Part shown: positions 20,191 to 30,689 of the stretch, in pieces
Layout: every line of letters starts with the position of its first letter
Position numbering within the stretch: position 1 is the stretch's first letter
Virus record (IMG/VR): IMGVR_UViG_3300044695_006747
Location: 122,824-186,823 of that record
DNA length: 64,000 nucleotides
Reading direction: 5' to 3' (one strand)
Source: a virus
Translations under genes and position numbers: made by a program
The notes under the pieces: generated by a model
Seen by the model: the letters and a program-made list of their open reading frames with translations, nothing else
Database searches by the model: none
What the model was told of the DNA's origin: nothing

Positions 20191-20955
20191 CTGCTCAACT
20201 TGAATTTTCGAAAATTCACAATATTTTTTGTATAACTCAGATATCTTACAATTTTTATCTATACTTAGATGTTTTTCGCTATCTGACCATGTGGATGTAT
20301 ATAAATGAATACAGTATGTTTTTTCAGATATCTTTATATTTGATGATAATAAATATTCTTTAACTTTCCAATATTCAAAAGGACAAAAAGTAATTGGTGA
20401 ATATATTTTTGGATTTAATTTTAAATCCTTAATTTTTTTATCCAAAAATTTTGGACCAATTTTACCCCAAGGAACATTGCCTTCATAATGATTGAAGATA
20501 CGATAAGACTCATCGAAACAAATCTTAAAAAACTCAGAATTTGGAGGAGACTTTATAATACCATTACATAAACAAGAAACTCCTTTAGAAGAATAATGTT
20601 CAGCAAAAACATATTCATCATCTATATCAAACTTATTTATACAGCAACTATCTGTGTCGTGCCACCATCCACCATTTATAGATAAAAGCCTATATCGAAA
20701 CATATCAGAAAAACTACCATATTTCCAACTAGAACTAATATTATTAGTATAAATAGTGCATTGTTTAAATTTTTTTATATCAATAATTGCATTTGCATCC
20801 TTAATACAAGTATCTTTTGGTGCATTATCTATGTCATTATAAGTATATAAATGATATTCATAATTATTTTTGATAAAACTATTAATACATAATATTTCAG
20901 TGTCTAATAATTTTTTTCCATACCAAAAAGATTGAATAATTTTATTCTGATTCAT
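20176..20955 (-). CDS. GT32-like DXD glycosyltransferase
   Basis: IIQSFW, SDMFRY, GGWWHDTD, WGKIGP, YCIHLY. Confidence 0.8.
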   Translation of the reverse strand: MNQNKIIQSFWYGKKLLDTEILCINSFIKNNYEYHLYTYNDIDNAPKDTCIKDANAIIDIKKFKQCTIYTNNISSSWKYGSFSDMFRYRLLSINGGWWHDTDSCCINKFDIDDEYVFAEHYSSKGVSCLCNGIIKSPPNSEFFKICFDESYRIFNHYEGNVPWGKIGPKFLDKKIKDLKLNPKIYSPITFCPFEYWKVKEYLLSSNIKISEKTYCIHLYTSTWSDSEKHLSIDKNCKISELYKKYCEFSKIQVEQLTSR

Positions 20956-21616
20956 AGTATTTTTTTAAGGAGTCAATTAATAATTCTTGATATATTTTTA
21001 TATTCTCAAAATATCCAAAATTTTTCCTGTTAGAAGCACTCAAATAGTCTATAAATTTATAGTCTCCACCGATAATATTATTACTAATAACAAGTCTTTG
21101 ACAAGGAATACCGTATGCTTCGGCTATTATTAGTCCATGTAGACTGGAACTCAAAATATTTTCACAAGATTTTACTTCTTCGATAAAGTTTTTCCAGTTT
21201 TGAATTACATTAATTTTATATCCAGAACCACTATATCTTCCTTGATCTATATAGTGTTCTATAATTCCTATTTTATATTTTTTTTCTATTTTTGGATTAT
21301 AGATAAGAGGCAATAATATTGCTGGATCAGATAACGTATCACAACTAGAACTTAGATTTTTAGCTGTTAATTTACCTCGTAATGCTAAAATTTTACATTT
21401 AGGAACGTTATATTTTTCATTTTTTATAAGTCCAGAACCCCAAACAATATCATTTTCTTTTAATGCCCAACTAATTATGCTACCAACGCCCAGTAATTTA
21501 GAAGAGTAATTTGCAGAAACATTTTGTGTCCTGGTATTTAATATATTTTCAATTAATGGTTTTGTTAATGTATCTCCTACATTTTTATTACCATCACATT
21601 GATATATCTTAATCAT
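20942..21616 (-). CDS. Polysaccharide pyruvyl transferase
   Basis: NVGD, GVGSI, VWGSG, LRGKLT, DPAILL, SSSLHGLIIAEAYGIP. Confidence 0.88.
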   Translation of the reverse strand: MIKIYQCDGNKNVGDTLTKPLIENILNTRTQNVSANYSSKLLGVGSIISWALKENDIVWGSGLIKNEKYNVPKCKILALRGKLTAKNLSSSCDTLSDPAILLPLIYNPKIEKKYKIGIIEHYIDQGRYSGSGYKINVIQNWKNFIEEVKSCENILSSSLHGLIIAEAYGIPCQRLVISNNIIGGDYKFIDYLSASNRKNFGYFENIKIYQELLIDSLKKYYESE

Positions 21617-22019
21617 TTTGAAGTTTTAGAATTATTTTTTTTTCTAAAAATACGTTCATAGTTTTTTTCCCAAGTTTTATTATCTACATTTTTGGGTCTT
21701 CTTTTATCCCCTTTTCCATTTTGACTCATATTTATGACTCCAGAACAAAACTCCAGTAACGACTATCATCTTTCTGAACTACCCATAAAAAATGTTTCGT
21801 TAGTCATAAAACCCAACATAAATCCTGCTGATAACAATCCTAAAAATGGATCATTCGACCATAAACACGAAAATATAAAAATGCCAGCAGCGAGATACAC
21901 AATAATTAATTTTTGTTTTTGCTGTCTATTCATAAAAAGTTCCTAACTCATTATAGCATTATTGAAATTTTAAGCAACTAATCTCTCAGTTGGTGTATAT
22001 CTTATGTATGGGGTATACT

Positions 22020-22688
22020 ATGAAAAAATGTGGAATATATAAAATAATTAATACTAAAAACGACTTCTATTACATAGGGTCTAGCGTTGACATAACTTCC
22101 AGATTTGGTAATCATAGATCTAGTCTACGCAAAAATATTCATAATAATCCTAAACTGCAAAATGCTTGGAATAAATATGGTGAACATTGTTTTAATTTTG
22201 AAATAGTTGAATTGTGTGATCCTAAAAAACTGTATCGTATAGAGCAAAAATATCTAAATAAAATTAGGAATTGTAGTAAAACTTATAATATAGTTTTCAT
22301 TATTGGTGGTTTTCCAGATAGTGCTGGACATAAAAATCCTAGATGGATTAATGTTAGCCACAATAAGAAAAAGATTATTAAGCGATATTGGCAAGAGCAT
22401 CATACTGTAAAAACTATTCAATTTATGAAAGATGAGTTTGGATATGGGGGTTCTATTGCCAGAAGAATTATCAAAGAAATTAAAGATGAACTCAATATGC
22501 CTAATAGGATGAAAGATAATACTATTTATCATTTAAAGAATCTCAAAACTGGAGAAAATTTTAAGGGTACTAGGCAACATTTTATTAAACAATATAATAT
22601 ATGTTATACAACGGTTAGTGAATTGGTACTTGGCAAAATACTGCAAACTAGATCTGGATGGATAGTGTCTCAATCTTCCAAAACATAA
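22020..22688 (+). CDS. Free-standing GIY-YIG endonuclease
   Basis: CGIYKIIN...YYIGSS...R...H, HNNPKLQNAWNKYG, E..YL; antisense to its neighbours. Confidence 0.9.
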   Translation: MKKCGIYKIINTKNDFYYIGSSVDITSRFGNHRSSLRKNIHNNPKLQNAWNKYGEHCFNFEIVELCDPKKLYRIEQKYLNKIRNCSKTYNIVFIIGGFPDSAGHKNPRWINVSHNKKKIIKRYWQEHHTVKTIQFMKDEFGYGGSIARRIIKEIKDELNMPNRMKDNTIYHLKNLKTGENFKGTRQHFIKQYNICYTTVSELVLGKILQTRSGWIVSQSSKT

Positions 22689-23386
22689 GACCAATATCGA
22701 CTATCGTCCTTACCCTGCAAATGATCCCAATAAGCACACCTAGCAACATAGGATGGGATTTTGTTTTTCCCACAATTAACACTCCAATGCTGTTCAGCCT
22801 GCTTATATTGCTTAATACCACTATTGCTCTTATTATACTTCAAATGCTCCATATCGTACAAACGAAGCATATGAACATCCAAACACAATACTCTTGCCTC
22901 ATTAGGATGAATCATTTCAAGAGCAAAACTAACTTTAGCCAGCCCAATACCGCTAATTTTATTCACAATAGAATCACGCTTCTTAACATGACCCTTCTTT
23001 GATGTAAAATAAAAATCTTTAGGATTATCCCAAAACTTTGTGGCAAAATCCCAAATATACTTTGTACGATTGTTGTGTAGACCAACTCCGCTTTTGTGAA
23101 GTTTTTCTCTCAAAAGATTCTCGTCATCAAGCCATTCATCAAAATTCTTGATAGCATTGTATCCGGCACAGTTGCCCTTCCAAGTAGTATGCACAGAGCA
23201 ATATGCAAAAAGATAACGACGAAAAATATCCTCCACATTTTGTGGACGCACACTCTCCCAATATTCCTTATATGAAACTACCTTATCTTTAGGAAAAGTA
23301 GCAAAGAAAATATCGGCCTTGGTCTTATCAAGAGTTGTATTCTGAACTGGAATAACAGTGTTTTCAACAATCATGGTTTTCTCCAA
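22670..23386 (-). CDS. HhH DNA N-glycosylase/AP lyase (8-oxoG glycosylase-like)
   Basis: HhH ISGIGLAKVSF, catalytic LDVHMLR. Confidence 0.7.
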   Translation of the reverse strand: MEKTMIVENTVIPVQNTTLDKTKADIFFATFPKDKVVSYKEYWESVRPQNVEDIFRRYLFAYCSVHTTWKGNCAGYNAIKNFDEWLDDENLLREKLHKSGVGLHNNRTKYIWDFATKFWDNPKDFYFTSKKGHVKKRDSIVNKISGIGLAKVSFALEMIHPNEARVLCLDVHMLRLYDMEHLKYNKSNSGIKQYKQAEQHWSVNCGKNKIPSYVARCAYWDHLQGKDDSRYWSYVLED

Positions 23387-23399
23387 TGGGTATGCTACG

Positions 23400-23428
23400 A
23401 TTCTACACTACTGGTATCGGTTTGTCAA
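23400..23428 (-). promoter_or_regulatory. Promoter TTGACA-N17-TAGAAT with CCGATA core
   Basis: TTGACA AACCGATACCAGTAGTG TAGAAT. Confidence 0.75.
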
Positions 23429-23439
23429 GACTCGTTTCT

Positions 23440-24753
23440 TTAAACGGTTCTCGCAGCACCATGTAGAATTTTAAATGTTGGAAAACGCAAACTAATTCCA
23501 CCGTCTTGATTTTTAGTTTCCTCAAAATATTGAACGGTAATAATCTTTCCAAGAATCTTATTGGGATCTTGATAAAATTCTTGACGCTGCTCAATAGTGA
23601 AACCACTACCAACTCGTACAATATTGTTCTTATGTTGAATCATAACACAACTCAACATTGTTTCTTCCCACTCAGCACTATCTTTAACATATCTGAAATC
23701 GCCCATTTCAGTATCAATTACTTCATACTCATCATCAAAAAACTTCTTAACTTTGAGTAGGTCTTTGGATCGCTTACCTTTATATGGTTCGTCTGCTCGC
23801 AGCATCACACCCTCCCAAAAAGAATCGGCTGCTTCTTTGACCCACTCTTGAAAATGCTCATCATTATGAATCAATTCTTGCTCAAGCAGAGTGAGGCATG
23901 GACATTCGTTCTTAGTCATAATCTCTGTCAGATTTGCCAAACGAATAGAATACGGACGATTCCGCTCACCCTTCTTGCTATAAAATTCATCATGCGTAAT
24001 CATATCAAAAATCTTAAATGATGGATTAGGAATAGTATGATCCTTCTTCTTGAGTTGTTTCATTACTCCTTGAAAATCTTCGTTACCATCATCGTCTACA
24101 AGACAAAGTTCACCATCAAACACTACATTAGTAATGTTAAGAGCCTTAATCCCATCCCTAACGACGCCAAGAGTATCAAACTCTTTTCCCGTGCGGGAAT
24201 AGAAGGTAGTATCACCATTACTATCAACAATCCCAATACATCTAGCACCATCAATTTTTCTGCTAACATACCATCCGTCCTTCCAATCTACAAGTTTAGG
24301 CTCATATTTATCTGCCAGAGCAACGCTAAACTCTGGAATATGGTCAGGAATAGCCTTGTTGATAATCTTGTCACCAGCACGGGTTTTCAAATCCTTGTCA
24401 ATAATACAATGGATAAGTTCCTCGTATTCAGAATAATGCTCAATAAAACTATTCACAGCAGAGATAGCGTCATGTCCAGTAATCTTTCGACTCTTTAGAG
24501 CATCCAGTAGATCAAAGAAATTTTTGTATTCGTTCTTTCTGGCTACAAGATGATTCTTCTTCTTGAGATTATCACTAGTGACATTGTATTGCCACAACGG
24601 ATGATAGGTATAAAGCAAAATACTCTTGGTGAAAGATGCTGCGGCACTACTGTGTCCACAATAATCCAAAATAATTCCTTCCTTATCCTTAGTGCTACTA
24701 GTGGCCCTAAGATCACGAACCATTCCCATCACATAATTGAAATCGTGAATCAT
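23440..24753 (-). CDS. ATP-dependent DNA ligase
   Basis: Motif I KIDGAR, III FDGEL, IIIa IFD, IV EGVMLR, V LKVKK, C-terminal LRFPTF. Confidence 0.95.
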   Translation of the reverse strand: MIHDFNYVMGMVRDLRATSSTKDKEGIILDYCGHSSAAASFTKSILLYTYHPLWQYNVTSDNLKKKNHLVARKNEYKNFFDLLDALKSRKITGHDAISAVNSFIEHYSEYEELIHCIIDKDLKTRAGDKIINKAIPDHIPEFSVALADKYEPKLVDWKDGWYVSRKIDGARCIGIVDSNGDTTFYSRTGKEFDTLGVVRDGIKALNITNVVFDGELCLVDDDGNEDFQGVMKQLKKKDHTIPNPSFKIFDMITHDEFYSKKGERNRPYSIRLANLTEIMTKNECPCLTLLEQELIHNDEHFQEWVKEAADSFWEGVMLRADEPYKGKRSKDLLKVKKFFDDEYEVIDTEMGDFRYVKDSAEWEETMLSCVMIQHKNNIVRVGSGFTIEQRQEFYQDPNKILGKIITVQYFEETKNQDGGISLRFPTFKILHGAARTV

Positions 24754-24999
24754 CTAAAAATTCTCCTGTGTTTCCTAGAGTATATCACACAGCAATCCCA
24801 TTGTCAAGTATCGACAACCTAGTGTCGTTTCTTGAATCGTTTACTTAATTTACCTACTAAATCACTTCCTGCTGTTGGGAAAAAACACGGCAAAATAGAA
24901 TGAACAATTAGATAAAAACCAGCCAGTAAACAAGAACATCCATAAAATAGAGCAAATATCATATGCTCTATGTATGTCATATTATTTTCTTTTAAATGG

Positions 25000-25650
25000 T
25001 TAATCCACTTTTTCTTTAAAGTCATAAAAGTACATCTCTTCATCGCTTTCGCTAACCCATCTGCTACCAGTATGCTCACAACTAAATTCTTTGCTAAAAA
25101 CTTTCCAATCCGGTTTTGTTAATTTTCTGCTTATAAAAGATCCGCCATCCATCCACAATACCCTATTATTTGGTTGAATAAAATATTGACCGCCTTCTCC
25201 TGCGAATACATGGCCGCACTTATGACCAGCCGCCATTTCTCCGTATCCAGAATGATATTGTGGCCCCAAACACCAATCTATAGTAAACATATATTCACAT
25301 TTATGTTTTTGCTTATTTTTTAATAAAATATTTGCTGCTCTATTTTTTAGATACTCTACTATTTGAACACTAGCATAGTAACTCATACTATCCCAAAGTT
25401 GAACCCAATCCAGAGGAAATTCTGTACCTCCTTTTTCAATAGAATGGAGATAATGCACAGGAACTCTAGCGTGTTGACTTCCATATTCTGTCATAATGCT
25501 AAAAAGACCACATCTTTGTGGTATACTAGTAAAATTAAAAACTTCTACTACTAGTCTTTCATTATCAACACTTGGTTCATCATCATATAAAAAGGCTTTG
25601 TCTAAATAAGCAACAAATGTAGGAATATTAATATTAAGATAGTTACTCAT
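25000..25650 (-). CDS. Hypothetical protein
   Basis: 216-aa ORF in operon; QPNNRVLW. Confidence 0.65.
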   Translation of the reverse strand: MSNYLNINIPTFVAYLDKAFLYDDEPSVDNERLVVEVFNFTSIPQRCGLFSIMTEYGSQHARVPVHYLHSIEKGGTEFPLDWVQLWDSMSYYASVQIVEYLKNRAANILLKNKQKHKCEYMFTIDWCLGPQYHSGYGEMAAGHKCGHVFAGEGGQYFIQPNNRVLWMDGGSFISRKLTKPDWKVFSKEFSCEHTGSRWVSESDEEMYFYDFKEKVD

Positions 25651-25651
25651 T

Positions 25652-26410
25652 TTATTTTTTCAATTTTTGTTTTGATTCTTTTATCCAGTCTAAAAATTTG
25701 GAGACTCTTGTGTGTCCTGATTCTTCACCGTATTTTGACATTGGTGATCTTCCAACAGCCATAACGCAAGAATTTATACCAGCTAATTTACCATCTATAA
25801 ATAGTCCACCACCACTATCTCCGCTACCAATCATATACTCTAATACACTATGATCTGTATTTCCCCATTTGGATGGTGAGCAGATTAGCATATCCTTATC
25901 TACTCCATCAACAATATTCGACCCTGCTCTTAGTTTATTGTCCGATTTATGTGTTCCAGTATTAAAATTTCCTGTTAATCCCCATCCTGCTATTGATGCT
26001 ACTTTGCCTGTTTCATTCTCATCTGTATATAGAGGCGGAAAATTTTTAAGATCAAATCCTTGTTCACAATATCCTAAAGCAATATCTCCTGTCCCAAATT
26101 CTCCCCCAAAATCTTTGTGAATAACTATATCTGTTAATAAGAATTTTTTATCATCTACTCTAACATAGCAAGTCTTGTAGCCTTGTACAACATGGGCTGC
26201 TGTTAGAACAAAATGTTTTTCTATAATAACTCCAGAAGCACAAAATAAAGAATCATCTTGATAATTGCCACATACTTTAACAACACAGTAGAACTGTGAG
26301 CCAAAATCTAGATATTTTTGATCTGGGATATTTGGATCTATTGTTCCTCCATAAGAAAGAGAGCAAAATCCTAGAAACGCAATAAGAAAAATCTTTTTAA
26401 TTGCAACCAT
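25652..26410 (-). CDS. Trypsin-like (S1) serine protease with signal peptide
   Basis: LTAAHV, GDIAL, GDSGGG triad. Confidence 0.92.
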   Translation of the reverse strand: MVAIKKIFLIAFLGFCSLSYGGTIDPNIPDQKYLDFGSQFYCVVKVCGNYQDDSLFCASGVIIEKHFVLTAAHVVQGYKTCYVRVDDKKFLLTDIVIHKDFGGEFGTGDIALGYCEQGFDLKNFPPLYTDENETGKVASIAGWGLTGNFNTGTHKSDNKLRAGSNIVDGVDKDMLICSPSKWGNTDHSVLEYMIGSGDSGGGLFIDGKLAGINSCVMAVGRSPMSKYGEESGHTRVSKFLDWIKESKQKLKK

Positions 26411-26455
26411 AATAAAGCCCTCCGTTGAAAAGTGGCTTTATTATATTACACTATT

Positions 26456-27700
26456 TTAGAATAATTCCTTAATAACTTTTCCACTATTTGCTATCTTCAT
26501 AGGTCGCCCATTTTTAGAGGTAAAAGTAGTCTCAAGAGAAATACCTAAACTACTCAAAACGCTGGCCATTAAATCTTGAGAAGTATAGGGATCGGTAACT
26601 ATCTCTTTTCCATCCTCATTTGTTTCTCCAACAACAACTCCACCCTTAAATCCTGCCCCGCCAACCACCACACTCCAACTTCTGGCCCAATGATCACGAC
26701 CACCATTACCATTAATATTTGGTGTGCGACCAAATTCTCCCATCCAAATAATAGCAGTATCTTGTAGCAGTCCACGATCACTTAAATCTTCCACCAAAGC
26801 ACTCATAGCCTTATCCAACTCTGGAAGTTTTTGATTTTCTAATGTGGCAAAAATACCAGCATGATTATCCCAACCACCCATATCTACTTCTACGAATGGG
26901 ACTCCCATTTCTACTAATCGTCGTGCCATTAAACAACCTCGACCAAAACCAGTGTTACCATATCGTTCTCTAACTTCTGCTGGTTCTTTTGATACTTTGA
27001 ACGCTTCCATCTGTTTGCTAGTCATTAATTTAACTGTTTTATCAAGCACCTTGTTGTGATCTAGTGCTGATCCACCACGAGATTCTTTGATAAACTTATT
27101 TTCGATTGCTGCTAACATTTCTAGTCTTTGAGATAATCTTGATGGATCAATTCCCATATTAAGATCACGAATATTACCATTGCTATCCACAACAAATGGT
27201 GAATAAGTCATACCCAAAAATCCTGGGCCAACACTAGCACCACCAACACTAACAAACGGAGGAATTTCTAGTTCTGGAACTTGATCTATTAATTCGTGAG
27301 ATATAACGCTACCATAACTAGGATAGTCTACTGTTGGACTAGGAACATAACCTGTGTGCATATAATAGCGACCTCTAGTATGGTCAGCCTCTCTTGTACT
27401 CATGCTTCGCACAATACTTAACTTATCCATATTTTTAGCGATCAATGGAAGATGCTCGCAGATTTGAACTCCATCAGCATTAGTATTGATTGGCTTAAAT
27501 GGACCACCTGTTGGTGTTCCGGATTTTAAATCCCAAAGATCAATAGTGCTTGGGCCTCCACCCATCCATAAAAGTATAGCGCTCTTATGTCTTTTCTTTA
27601 GATCAGAAGCATTTGCTAAAATAGTATTGGTAAAATTTGTAGCCGGAATAGTTAGCGATGATGCTGCGGCTAAATGAGATAAGAAATGTCGTCTGTTCAT
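26456..27700 (-). CDS. DUF1501-family protein with Tat signal
   Basis: MNRRHFL Tat motif; LLWMGGGPS, WD-x-K, FGRGCLMARRLVE-GV, GGWDNH, MGEFGRTP, GRDHW. Confidence 0.9.
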   Translation of the reverse strand: MNRRHFLSHLAAASSLTIPATNFTNTILANASDLKKRHKSAILLWMGGGPSTIDLWDLKSGTPTGGPFKPINTNADGVQICEHLPLIAKNMDKLSIVRSMSTREADHTRGRYYMHTGYVPSPTVDYPSYGSVISHELIDQVPELEIPPFVSVGGASVGPGFLGMTYSPFVVDSNGNIRDLNMGIDPSRLSQRLEMLAAIENKFIKESRGGSALDHNKVLDKTVKLMTSKQMEAFKVSKEPAEVRERYGNTGFGRGCLMARRLVEMGVPFVEVDMGGWDNHAGIFATLENQKLPELDKAMSALVEDLSDRGLLQDTAIIWMGEFGRTPNINGNGGRDHWARSWSVVVGGAGFKGGVVVGETNEDGKEIVTDPYTSQDLMASVLSSLGISLETTFTSKNGRPMKIANSGKVIKELF

Positions 27701-29586
27701 ATTTTATCTATCTTTCTTTGTGGTTTAGGAATTAGTTTTGGTTTGGCTTTATCATCTGATTGATTATTATTACCTCCACCACCATTGTTTGGTTTTGGTG
27801 GCTCCTCATAATCTTCATACCATTTATACGAGATTGGAGTATTAAGTTCTTCATTTGCTATTAATGCCCAAGGAGTATCTGGATAATTGTCTACTACAAA
27901 TCTTAAATATTTTTGAGATCCTTCATAACATTTTTTGAGTAAACTATTATTTAGATCGAAGTCCTTAGATGGCATTAGTATCCATATATTAGATTTTGGA
28001 TCTTTCTTTTTCAAGCCGGTTTTCGCTTCTGCTAAAACCAGATTATAACTCTCTATTCTACATTTTGTAGATAGTATACGCCCCATAGCAAGAGCGTATG
28101 AAACTTTCCATCTATCTTCTAGTGTAGAATATGATGATTCGCCACTTAGTAATGTAGTGTAGATTTGATTAATTTTAGGTTCAAGTTTAGCAGAAAATCT
28201 TTGTGCCATATTTAGTTCATTTACAAAACTACCCTCATCAAATGCTTTGAATCGTAGTGTTTGTTCACCAGAAATATTAAGGGGAATTGATGATGCTTGA
28301 ACTAGTGCTTTTTTACTAGCATGAGACTGTGCTTCTTTATTTTGTATACCATACGATCTATAGTCTGGTCTATACTTAGTCATAATTTCGTGATCAAAAA
28401 ATCTGGAAATGTATGATGATAGTGGGCTAATCTGTTTTTTATCTACTCTAGTATTTCCCCTATTAGGATGCACACTAAAATATAAGCCTCCAGTGTCCAA
28501 ACAAAGTTTCGACAAAGCAAACGGGCCAAACCCACTGTCTAATGTTTCTTTATCAATTGGTAAACTATTAATATCTAAAATCATATCATATAAAGATTCT
28601 GGGCCTTGATTAATTTCTACCCATTTTTCAGTTTGATCGTACTTAGGATCAAATTCCACAAACTTAAATTGTGCTGTATTTTTGCCAAATGGTGCGGGGT
28701 TTCCAACAACATAAATCATAGTCGCTTTCGATCTTGCTAGATTAGATACTACATCTAAATATTGAAAATCATCACCAACTTCGTCTGTAAATACAATCAC
28801 TAATAATCTGGAACCAAAAACGTATTCGGATTTGCATACTTCACCAATAGCAGAGAATGTATTTTCGATTCCGCTTTCATCTAGCACGATTGATTCTACT
28901 GCTGTCTTTAGTGTTGACGGATCATCTGTGAGTTGTCTTGTGATTTTGGTAAATTTTTGCCCAAAACTATAAATTCCATGTTTAATATTATAAGTAGTAT
29001 TAGCAAATTCTAGTTCTTGTAATATCTTTTGAAAACGATCAGCAATTAATTGTCTTTGATGACTCAAACTAACGCTGGCATCTAGTAGCCAAATAACGTT
29101 TGTGTCTTTAGATTCCCCGCTTTTGATAATCTCAACAGTCAATCTGTCCAATGCTCCACCACTAGATGATTGTGATGAAAATCCTGAACCTAAATTTGAA
29201 GAGACTCCAGATAATGTTTGACCAACTAAATCAGACGAAAATTCTGAGCCAACTTCTTCCATAGGTTCAACGGTTAAATTAGAAGGAACATCAATATCAT
29301 TAACAGATATAGATGAATCCTGTTGTTGTTCAACTATTACTTCTTCAGTTAACGAAGAATTTTTATCATCAAATGTGAAAGTTTCTGGAATATTAACAGG
29401 AATCTCAAAATCTACGTTTTCTTCAATGACGCTTGATGATGTTATTGTTAAAGGTTGTTCTGAGTCCAGTGCTTTTCCTATCATTAGTGATAGCAATAAC
29501 AGAGCCATGCTGTTAATCACAAATGCTATACAATAGTGTTCTGTTGTTTCTGAGGATAACATATCCCTAATTTGACGAATCATCAT
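27697..29586 (-). CDS. Membrane-anchored von Willebrand factor A domain protein
   Basis: N-terminal TM helix, MIDAS-like WLLDASVS, VFTDEVGDD, C-terminal YPDTPWA. Confidence 0.8.
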   Translation of the reverse strand: MMIRQIRDMLSSETTEHYCIAFVINSMALLLLSLMIGKALDSEQPLTITSSSVIEENVDFEIPVNIPETFTFDDKNSSLTEEVIVEQQQDSSISVNDIDVPSNLTVEPMEEVGSEFSSDLVGQTLSGVSSNLGSGFSSQSSSGGALDRLTVEIIKSGESKDTNVIWLLDASVSLSHQRQLIADRFQKILQELEFANTTYNIKHGIYSFGQKFTKITRQLTDDPSTLKTAVESIVLDESGIENTFSAIGEVCKSEYVFGSRLLVIVFTDEVGDDFQYLDVVSNLARSKATMIYVVGNPAPFGKNTAQFKFVEFDPKYDQTEKWVEINQGPESLYDMILDINSLPIDKETLDSGFGPFALSKLCLDTGGLYFSVHPNRGNTRVDKKQISPLSSYISRFFDHEIMTKYRPDYRSYGIQNKEAQSHASKKALVQASSIPLNISGEQTLRFKAFDEGSFVNELNMAQRFSAKLEPKINQIYTTLLSGESSYSTLEDRWKVSYALAMGRILSTKCRIESYNLVLAEAKTGLKKKDPKSNIWILMPSKDFDLNNSLLKKCYEGSQKYLRFVVDNYPDTPWALIANEELNTPISYKWYEDYEEPPKPNNGGGGNNNQSDDKAKPKLIPKPQRKIDKI

Positions 29587-29926
29587 GTTTCCTATTTTTG
29601 GCCATAATTAAATAGTTTACAGCCTTAATTACACCATCCAGATCATCTCCTAATTTTCCTAGGCCGGTATTACATGGTTCACATAACCAACCTCTAAAAC
29701 TGTCATCGTTATGATCGTGATCCAAACACCATTTGCGTGGAACTTTTCCACAACATTCGCAAAGTTCTGGTTTATTTGGTGCTTTTTTATGAAGTTTGCT
29801 TCTTACTTTGCTGTGTTTTCTAACACAACTTCTGCATCTACTATCAAGATTATCTTTGTACATACTGTGTTTGGGAAAACTTTTAGGATTTTTTCGTTTT
29901 CCACAATAAGTACAAATTTTTCTCAT
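29567..29926 (-). CDS. Endonuclease VII-like (His-Me finger) nuclease
   Basis: CECCG...LDHDH...RGWLCEPCNTGLG. Confidence 0.85.
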   Translation of the reverse strand: MRKICTYCGKRKNPKSFPKHSMYKDNLDSRCRSCVRKHSKVRSKLHKKAPNKPELCECCGKVPRKWCLDHDHNDDSFRGWLCEPCNTGLGKLGDDLDGVIKAVNYLIMAKNRKHDDSSN

Positions 29927-30042
29927 TTGTATTTCTTGAGTTTCTTTTTAAGTTTTTTTAGATATTTATCTTCTTGCAATTTTTCAGAATCTTTATCTTC
30001 TTCTTTCTTTAGTTTTTTCCAAAACTTTTTCCATACGCTCAT
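29923..30042 (-). CDS. 39-aa Lys-rich peptide (below the ORF-track cut-off)
   Basis: MSVWKKFWKKLKKEEDKDSEKLQEDKYLKKLKKKLKKYK; ATGA coupling to the next gene. Confidence 0.5.
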   Translation of the reverse strand: MSVWKKFWKKLKKEEDKDSEKLQEDKYLKKLKKKLKKYK

Positions 30043-30059
30043 ATTATTCTTTCTTTAAG

Positions 30060-30413
30060 TGGAGGCGGGGGAAGTCGAATCCCCGTCTTGTGATAACTTT
30101 AATATAATCTCTACAAGTTTATTTTGTTCATAAATTTTGAGAAAGATTAAAGAACAAACAACATTCATCTTTCCGTACCAACTAATCTCAGGCTAGAACC
30201 CGTTGGCTATTCTAGCAGCCGAAGGATTTTACGACAATCTTTTGAACGCTACCTTCATCGCTTTCTAAGATTGTTGCTGTTATTTAATTAAGCAGCAAGG
30301 GCTAACTGATTTGTGCCAGTTAAAGCATTTGGTAGATTTTTAAAGTGGCCTTTCCACCAACCACTACTTGCTAATTATACCAAATTTTATCCAATCGATA
30401 CCGTTACGCCCCC
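30060..30413 (-). ncRNA. ssrA: tmRNA; tag peptide (A)GTNQLALAA at 30288-30317
   Basis: Acceptor GGGGGCG/CGCCTCC with G3-U70 and A73, T-loop TTCGACT, resume context TTAACT-GGC, tag ending LAA. Confidence 0.93.
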
Positions 30414-30689
30414 TAATCTTTATTATTATACACAAAATCCTTATTTTGTAAAGTCTCTAGTTTGAGATAGAGATATTCAAAAAATACTCTATACATCATC
30501 TTCTCTTTTTCTAGAAGTTTGATTTCCTCATATTGTAAAATATTAAACCCAATTGATATTGATAACAAACCAATTATGAAAGTATAATACGGTAGGTGTT
30601 TTGAGCGATTAGTCATATAATATTTACTTGTCTTGAATCGAATATGGTGTATGATACTTTATCAAAGTTATAACAAGGAGATTCGGCTT

